A DNA stretch of 64,000 nucleotides from the NCBI GenBank assembly GCA_040901675.1, contig JBBDYJ010000010.1, positions 170,599 through 234,598 of the forward strand. The letters are read 5' to 3'. The DNA comes from Pirellulales bacterium (lineage in GTDB: Bacteria > Planctomycetota > Planctomycetia > Pirellulales > JAICIG01). Below, piece by piece: positions 57,533-64,000 of the stretch. Positions within the stretch are counted from its first letter, which is position 1. Every line of letters starts with the position of its first letter. The notes under the pieces are model-generated. The model saw nothing but the letters and a program-made list of their open reading frames with translations, was not told the origin of the DNA and searched no databases. The position numbers and the translations under genes were made by a program.

Positions 57533-57766
57533 TCCCATAAAAAACACCTGCGGCAGGGCGTCGGAAGGGCTATGGCATGGGTTCGTGTAGCATCGTGTAG
57601 AACATGCTAACGATCAGGTAGTTCTTCCGTCAAGGGCGGAACTATGCTTGACTGCTCAAGCATGATGGCTCAGATTTACGTGCTGCGCCGCGGGCCCTTG
57701 CCCTGACCCGTGAATTCTGCTGTTTAGATGGACGATTTCAGCTTCTCCTATTCTCCCCCGCTCGCC

Positions 57767-59446
57767 ATGCCGCAACCGCTGAATAAGTACAGCTCACGCA
57801 TCACCCAGCCCAAGAGCCAAGGGGCCAGCCAGGCCATGCTCTACGGCACCGGACTCTCGCCCGACGACATGCAGAAGCCCCAGGTCGGCATCGCCAGCAT
57901 GTGGTACGAGGGGAACACCTGCAACATGCACCTCGACCGGCTGGCGGCCCAGGTCAAGGAGGGAGTGACGGCGGCGGGCATGGTGGGCATGCGCTTCAAC
58001 ACCATCGGCGTCAGCGACGGCATCTCGATGGGCACCGAAGGGATGAGCTACTCGCTGCAGTCGCGGGACCTGATCGCCGACTCGATCGAGACGGTCATGC
58101 ACGCCCAGTGGTACGACGCCAATATCTCGTTGCCCGGCTGCGACAAGAACATGCCCGGCTGCCTGATCGCCATGGGCCGCGTCAACCGCCCCGCACTGAT
58201 GGTCTACGGCGGCACGATCAAGCCGGGGCACAGGGACGGGGAGAAGCTGGACATCGTCTCCGCCTTCCAGTGCTACGGCGAGTACCTGGCGGGGAAGCTG
58301 GACGAGCCGGGGCGCGCCGAAGTGGTCCGCAAAAGCTGCCCGGGCGCGGGGGCCTGCGGCGGCATGTACACGGCCAACACGATGGCTTCGGCCATTGAGG
58401 CCATGGGGATGACGTTGCCGTACAGCTCTTCGATTCCGGCCGAGGATCCAGCCAAGCAGGACGAGTGCCTGCGGGCCGGCGCGGCCATCCGCGTCTGCCT
58501 CCAGCGGGACATCAAGCCGCGCGACGTCATGACGCGCCGCGCGTTCGAGAATGCCATGGTCGTGGTCATGGCGGTGGGCGGTTCGACCAACGCGGTGCTG
58601 CACTTGATCGCCATGGCCCGCGCGGTGGGCGTTGAACTTTCCATCGACGACTTCCAGAAAGTGAGCAGCCGCGTCCCCTTCCTGGCCGACTTGAAGCCCA
58701 GCGGCCGCTACGTGCAGGAGGACCTGCACCGCGTGGGCGGCACGCCGGCCGTGATGAAGTACCTGTTGGAGAAAGGCCTGCTCGACGGCGATTGCCTCAC
58801 GGTGACCGGGCGCACCATTGCCGAGAACCTGGCCGATCTGCCCGGTTTCACCGCCGGCCAGGATGTGTTTCATCCCATCGAGGATCCGATCAAGCCCACC
58901 GGCCATATCCAGATTCTGCGCGGCAACCTGGCCCCGCAGGGCGCCGTGGCCAAGATCACCGGCAAGGAAGGCGAACGCTTCAGCGGGCCGGCCAAGGTTT
59001 TTGATTCCGAGGAAGCGATGCTGGCGGCCCTGGAACAGAAGCAAATCGCCAAAGGCGACGTGGTGATCATCCGTTTCGAGGGGCCCAAGGGAGGGCCCGG
59101 CATGCCGGAAATGTTGACGCCCACGTCGGCCATCATGGGCGCCGGGCTGGGCAAAGAGGTGGCGCTGTTGACCGATGGGCGCTTCTCGGGCGGTTCGCAC
59201 GGCTTCATCGTGGGGCACATTACGCCGGAGGCCCAGGAGGGAGGACCGATCGCGCTGGTCGCCAACGGCGACCGGGTGACGATCGACGGCCGTCGCAACC
59301 TGCTGGAAGTGGAGTTGAGCGAGGCGGAATTGGCGTCGCGGCGGACGCGTTGGAAGGCGCCCCCTTACAAGGCCACCCGCGGCACGCTCTACAAGTACAT
59401 CAAGAACGTCAAGAGCGCCTCGGAAGGCTGTGTCACCGACGAGTGA
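57767..59446 (+). CDS. ilvD: Dihydroxy-acid dehydratase
   Basis: [60 protein letters not shown]. Confidence 0.97.
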   Translation: MPQPLNKYSSRITQPKSQGASQAMLYGTGLSPDDMQKPQVGIASMWYEGNTCNMHLDRLAAQVKEGVTAAGMVGMRFNTIGVSDGISMGTEGMSYSLQSRDLIADSIETVMHAQWYDANISLPGCDKNMPGCLIAMGRVNRPALMVYGGTIKPGHRDGEKLDIVSAFQCYGEYLAGKLDEPGRAEVVRKSCPGAGACGGMYTANTMASAIEAMGMTLPYSSSIPAEDPAKQDECLRAGAAIRVCLQRDIKPRDVMTRRAFENAMVVVMAVGGSTNAVLHLIAMARAVGVELSIDDFQKVSSRVPFLADLKPSGRYVQEDLHRVGGTPAVMKYLLEKGLLDGDCLTVTGRTIAENLADLPGFTAGQDVFHPIEDPIKPTGHIQILRGNLAPQGAVAKITGKEGERFSGPAKVFDSEEAMLAALEQKQIAKGDVVIIRFEGPKGGPGMPEMLTPTSAIMGAGLGKEVALLTDGRFSGGSHGFIVGHITPEAQEGGPIALVANGDRVTIDGRRNLLEVELSEAELASRRTRWKAPPYKATRGTLYKYIKNVKSASEGCVTDE

Positions 59447-59453
59447 GACTTGC

Positions 59454-59663
59454 CGTAGCTGGATTCGCCAGAATTCAGGCAACCGTAGCTGAATTCGCCA
59501 GAATTCAGGCATTCTGAACGCCGACTTCTCACTCCTGAACCTCTGAGCGCCCGACGGACCCGGCGCAGCACTGCTTCTCGGCCCCGACACGTCGGGGCCT
59601 CCAAGCAGTGGCACTCCTGAACTTTTGCGTTGAGCGGCCAGAACTCTGGCGAGTCCTGCTACG
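59454..59663. repeat. Cluster of REP-like repeats downstream of ilvD
   Basis: Two cgtagctg(g/a)attcgccagaattcaggca units, the 46-bp palindrome at 59569-59614, and gaactctggcgagtcctgctacg. Confidence 0.85.
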
Positions 59664-59918
59664 CGCTGGGCAGCCCCATTTGCTTGTGCCACCGGGGTTT
59701 AGGGAGGTCAGGTGTGCAGTCGTGCCGCCCTGGCTAGCGGCCCGCAGAAGCGGCATTTCCGTTGTACCTTTCCAGGGTGGACGGGCCGAAGTCGAGCAAA
59801 ACGGCTTTTTGGCGATTTTTGTAGCAACCTTGGCTGAACAAGGCGGACAATCAGGATAGCCACTGGTTCCCTCGGGGTTGCTCCCGAACCAGGCAATCCC
59901 CTCTTTGGAGCGCAGACC

Positions 59919-60761
59919 ATGAATACAAAGCGTGTGTTGTCGACCCTTGTGTTGCTCTCCTGGCTGACGTCGCCGGCGGCTGTCCGGGCCGAGGAGCCCT
60001 CGTTCCGAGACCTGGTTCGCAAGTACGTCCATCTCAAGACGGTGGGCAGCCCCACCCAGCCCTTACCCGGCCTGCCCGAGGACATCCAGAAGATAGTGGC
60101 GCTGGAGTACGAAGTGCTCCTCATGGAAAACGGCGAGGAGAGGGCGGTCGACCCGGCCAAGCACGAGTTCCAGCTTGGCGACCAGATCAGGGTCCGGATC
60201 CGCTCGCTCAGCGACCTGTACATTTACATCTTCTATGAAGGGGCGGGCGGCGAGCGCAAGTGCCTCTTGCCCGATCCCGATTTCAAGGACTCGTCGCCCC
60301 TGGCCAAAAGCGACCAACTGCTGCGGCTGCCGGCTGACGACACCGCCTTCACTTTCGAAGCTCCCGCCGGCGAAGATAAGCTGATCGTCGTGGCCACCGA
60401 GGAACCGAGCGACGACCTGGCGGCCCTGTCCGACGTGGTCTTCAAGTCGCCGGACGAGCCGCTCACGCCGGAGCAAGAGGAGCTCCAGAAAAAGCTGAAG
60501 GTGCGCAACGAAATGGTGCTCAAGTCGATCCGCGAAAGACAGGCCAAGGGAACCCGCTATCGCGGCTTGTTCGACGACGACAGCCTCGAGCAGGTCGCCC
60601 TGGAGATCGACCGGCAGGGGACGACACGGGCCATCCTGGAAGAGCCAATGCACGAAGGCGAGACCAGCACCTTTGCCATGGCTGCCACCTTCAAAGAAGA
60701 CAACCCGGCCGAATTGTTCGTCTCGATCCCGCTGACTTCGGTCTCCAAAGGCAAGCGCTAA
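59919..60761 (+). CDS. Secreted DUF4384-like domain protein
   Basis: Signal peptide; FQLGDQIRVRI...YIYIFY.GAGG...LLP...F.F..PAGEDKLIVVAT pattern. Confidence 0.7.
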   Translation: MNTKRVLSTLVLLSWLTSPAAVRAEEPSFRDLVRKYVHLKTVGSPTQPLPGLPEDIQKIVALEYEVLLMENGEERAVDPAKHEFQLGDQIRVRIRSLSDLYIYIFYEGAGGERKCLLPDPDFKDSSPLAKSDQLLRLPADDTAFTFEAPAGEDKLIVVATEEPSDDLAALSDVVFKSPDEPLTPEQEELQKKLKVRNEMVLKSIRERQAKGTRYRGLFDDDSLEQVALEIDRQGTTRAILEEPMHEGETSTFAMAATFKEDNPAELFVSIPLTSVSKGKR

Positions 60762-60773
60762 GGACGTGCCGTG

Positions 60774-63700
60774 ATGCGACGAACCGCTCGATTTGCGGCG
60801 GTGCCGGGCGCCCTGGCTGCCGCCTGCGGCCTGCTGTTGACCTGCGCCGTGCTGGGCGGCCTGGCTGCCCAGGAGGCCGGCCAGCGCGACCTGGCACGTC
60901 TCAAGGTCCAGGAGCAGGATCGCGCCTGGCTATCAATCCAGGGAGGCGGGCACACGGCCGCGGTGCGGGCGTTGGCCTTCACGCCCGACTCCCGCCGGTT
61001 GGCCACCGCGGGGCTCGATAAGGTCGTGCACGTCTGGGACACCTCCACGGCGGTCCGCGACCTGCGGCGGACGAGGCTCTTGGAGCGGACCATCCGCTGG
61101 CAGGTGGCGCGCGGCCTGCGAGGCAGCATCTACGCCATGGCCGCCGCCCCCGACGATGGCTTGCTGGCGATCGGCGGCTACGGGGCCTCTGGCGGCCTGG
61201 GTGAAATCCTGCTGGTCGACCCGCGACAGGGCACGCTCGTCAAGGTCCTCAAGGGACACCGGCAGACGGTTTGCTCGCTCGACTTCTCGTCCGACGGGCA
61301 GTGGCTGGCGTCGTTGGACGTGGCTGGGCAAGCCATGCTCTGGCAGCGGCCGGACTGGGAGCCGAGCCGGCTTTATGCCCAGGACGGCAGCGTGTATCCC
61401 GAGGCGACGGCCGAGTTGATCGCCCGCCAGGTGAAGCTGCGTCCGATTGCCGCCGATCGAAGCCACGTCACGTTGCCGGTGCTGGTCGGCAGCCAGCAGG
61501 CCAAGCTGACCTGGAAGCTGCAGAGGATCGCGCTGGACGACCGCAAAGATGTTGCCACTCTGCCCACGGTACACCAAGACGCGGTGACTGCTCTGGCCAC
61601 GAGCGACGACGGGGCGCGCATGGCGTCGGCCGACAACCAGGGCAACCTCTACCTTTGGGACGTCGAGAGTTCCTCGGCGGTGCGGCTAGCCAGGGGGCCG
61701 GTCGTGCTGTCGCTCGCCTTCAGTCCCGACGGCCGCACGTTGGTGGCCGGAACCGCCGTGACCGGAGACAACAGTCAACTGCAGGTGTGGGACACGGCCG
61801 CCCGGGAGCTGCGCTGGAGCCGCCCGCTCGCGGATCACGTACACGCTTGCGCGATCAGTCCCAATGGCCGGCAGGTGGCCTGTGCCGGCGGCGAGCACAA
61901 CACGATGTTCATCGGTCCGCTGGAGGATGAGGCCGCGTTCAGGACATTGGGCAGTGCTGCTCGCCGCGTGGTGAAAGTCGCCTTTGCCGACGAGCAAGGC
62001 AGTTACCGGGCGGCCTTCGGCACCACGTTCAGCGACCAGGGCTTGAAACGGGGCGAGTTGAACGATTACGGCGGCTTGGAAGGCGAGTTCGATCCGGTCG
62101 ATCTGAGCCTTTCCGGCCCGGCGCTCCAGGACGATGGCGCACCCCGGCCGCTGAACCAAGACGATTGGCTCGACACCGAGTGGTCGCGAGGCCGCTGGAG
62201 CGCAAAAAAGGTCGGCGGCAAGCTGCAGCTCTACCACGACGGCGCCGAGCGCGGCTACGTCCTGTTCGATACGAAGACCGAAGGCACCATCTTGTGCTAC
62301 TGCTGGCTGACGGACCAGCGGGGCAATCCGGTTGCCATCGCCGTGGGCACCGACTTGCAGAACAGCATTTACGTCTGCCGGCTGGCCGATCGCGGGGCCT
62401 GCCCGATCCTGCGGCATTTTCGCGGCCATCACGACTACCTCACCTCGCTGGGCGTCTCGCGCGACATGCGCTACCTGATCAGCGGCTCGGCCGACGGCAC
62501 TGTGCGCTTCTGGAACCTGGCCGATTATGCCCTGGGTCGCCAGCCGGCCGGCCGTTGGGGCGCCCAGTTCGCCGTGCGCGGCGGGCGCCTCTCTGTCGAA
62601 GCGAGCAGGCCGGCGGGGCCGCTCTTTTTCCACGGCGTCCGACAGGGGGACGTGCTGGAACGGATTCGCTGGCGCGACGGCGCCGGCGACCAGGTCGAAC
62701 AGCGGCCCGACGCGATCCTCGATCGGCTCTCGCGGTTGCCGTGGATGACGCAAGTCGTTTTTGAATTCAGCCGCGGCGGCAACGCTCGCGAGGCGTTTCA
62801 ACTGGTGCCGGCCTGGCAGCCGCTGGCCAGCCTGTTTGTCAGCGGCCAGCGAGAGTGGGCCTTCTGGACGCCCGAGGGCTACTACGATGCTTCGACGAAC
62901 GGCCACACCTTGTTCGGCTGGCAGGTGAACCGGGGCGTCGACGCCTTGCCCGACTTCTACCGGGCCGACCAGTTCCGCCGCAACCTGGAGCGGCCTGACG
63001 TCATGCAAGAGCTTCTGCCGGCGGGAAGCCTGGATGAAGCCTTCCGGCGGGTCGCCCAGGCGCCGCCGGCCGAGCCTGACCGCGTGGTCCAGGAGCAGAT
63101 CGACGTAACGCCCTGGGTCAGCATCCTCTCGCCGCGCTCCGGGGAGAAGGTGGCCGGCGGCTCGACGGCCGTGCGGGCGGTGATCGAGATGCCGCCCAAG
63201 GGCGAGTTGGCCCGCGCCAGAGTGTTCGCCAACGGCGTCGTGGCCCACAGCCAGCGGCTGGTCGAAGAGCGGGACGGCAGGCGAGGGCGCGAGCTGGTCT
63301 ACGAGTGGCAGGCCGATTTGCCCAGCGAAGAGCGGAACCTGATCCAGGTGGTGGCGGGCACCAGCGCGCAGACGGTCGGCTTCAGCCACGTGCTGGTCGA
63401 ACAGACGGACCTCGAACCGGTTGCCCAGCGGCCCGCCCGGCTGTACGTGCTGGCGGTGGGCATCGACACGTACCGGGATCCGGACGTGCAACCCTTGGCC
63501 TATTCGGTGGCCGACGCCCAGGCCGTCGTCGCCATGCTGCGCGACCGCACGGCGGGCATGTACGACCTGGCCGAGCCGACCATACTCTTGAACGACCAGG
63601 TGACGCTGACCACCTGGCGTGAATCGTTCGAGCGGTTGGGCGAGCAGCTCAAGAAGGACGCCCGCCCGGACGACCTGCTGGTGATTTTCATAGCCGGGCA

Positions 63701-64000
63701 CGGCTTTGTCGATCCGGCCAGCCAGCAGTACTACTTCGCCAGCCACGACATCACCCGCGACGACTTCGTGCGCGGGGTGTACAGCGGCTCGATTTCGTGG
63801 AAGGATTTTGAGCTATTGGCCGACGTGCCCTGCCGCAAGCTGGCCTTTCTCGATACCTGCCACGCCGGGGCCATCCAGCCGCAGCGCCGCAACCTCAAGG
63901 CGGCCATCCGCGCCTTCCAGGAGGACGTGGTTTTCACCGTGTCGGCCTCGGCCGGGCACGAGCGGTCCGAGGAAAAAGAGTCTTGGGGCCATGGCGCGTT
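60774..64000 (+). CDS. Secreted WD40-repeat / PDZ-like / caspase-like (peptidase C14) protein, truncated at the window edge
   Basis: Absent from the ORF track because no stop lies in the window. Same frame gives a signal peptide, GHTAAVRALAFTPDSRRLATAGLDKVVHVWD, WTPEGYYDAS, LYVLAVGID, FIAGHG (His 63699) and FLDTCHAG (Cys 63858). Confidence 0.88.
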   Translation, partial: MRRTARFAAVPGALAAACGLLLTCAVLGGLAAQEAGQRDLARLKVQEQDRAWLSIQGGGHTAAVRALAFTPDSRRLATAGLDKVVHVWDTSTAVRDLRRTRLLERTIRWQVARGLRGSIYAMAAAPDDGLLAIGGYGASGGLGEILLVDPRQGTLVKVLKGHRQTVCSLDFSSDGQWLASLDVAGQAMLWQRPDWEPSRLYAQDGSVYPEATAELIARQVKLRPIAADRSHVTLPVLVGSQQAKLTWKLQRIALDDRKDVATLPTVHQDAVTALATSDDGARMASADNQGNLYLWDVESSSAVRLARGPVVLSLAFSPDGRTLVAGTAVTGDNSQLQVWDTAARELRWSRPLADHVHACAISPNGRQVACAGGEHNTMFIGPLEDEAAFRTLGSAARRVVKVAFADEQGSYRAAFGTTFSDQGLKRGELNDYGGLEGEFDPVDLSLSGPALQDDGAPRPLNQDDWLDTEWSRGRWSAKKVGGKLQLYHDGAERGYVLFDTKTEGTILCYCWLTDQRGNPVAIAVGTDLQNSIYVCRLADRGACPILRHFRGHHDYLTSLGVSRDMRYLISGSADGTVRFWNLADYALGRQPAGRWGAQFAVRGGRLSVEASRPAGPLFFHGVRQGDVLERIRWRDGAGDQVEQRPDAILDRLSRLPWMTQVVFEFSRGGNAREAFQLVPAWQPLASLFVSGQREWAFWTPEGYYDASTNGHTLFGWQVNRGVDALPDFYRADQFRRNLERPDVMQELLPAGSLDEAFRRVAQAPPAEPDRVVQEQIDVTPWVSILSPRSGEKVAGGSTAVRAVIEMPPKGELARARVFANGVVAHSQRLVEERDGRRGRELVYEWQADLPSEERNLIQVVAGTSAQTVGFSHVLVEQTDLEPVAQRPARLYVLAVGIDTYRDPDVQPLAYSVADAQAVVAMLRDRTAGMYDLAEPTILLNDQVTLTTWRESFERLGEQLKKDARPDDLLVIFIAGHGFVDPASQQYYFASHDITRDDFVRGVYSGSISWKDFELLADVPCRKLAFLDTCHAGAIQPQRRNLKAAIRAFQEDVVFTVSASAGHERSEEKESWGHGA

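Overview
High-GC bacterial DNA. The gene content points to a Planctomycete: three DUF1549/DUF1553 + DUF1501 pairs, two PVC-type heme-binding CxxCH proteins and a secreted LRR protein. No rRNA, tRNA or CRISPR array was seen. Left to right: (1) a 7-gene minus-strand operon: PspA/IM30 (ESCRT-III superfamily), a coupled two-module classical AAA+ ATPase, a small TerB-like protein, a NitT/TauT ABC transporter whose binding protein carries an OmpA-like domain, and a membrane-anchored coiled-coil protein. This is the best candidate for a poorly described system. (2) A divergent DNA double-strand-break repair cluster (YhaO/YhaN-like and AddB/AddA-like). (3) Planctomycete periplasmic heme and DUF1501 modules interspersed with a VapBC pair, LRR protein, Gfo/Idh/MocA oxidoreductase, cyclophilin, ferritin + host-attachment pair, SELENBP1-like protein and EamA transporter. 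(4) Small accessory islands, two of them with decayed PIN toxins and one with a Cdc6/ORC-like ATPase. (5) ilvD, then a DUF4384-like protein and a secreted WD40-PDZ-caspase-like protein that runs off the right edge. Several GTAG-type REP-like palindrome families and heptamer repeats lie between genes; one family also sits in frame inside a gene. All family calls come from reading motifs by eye; no database searches were run.
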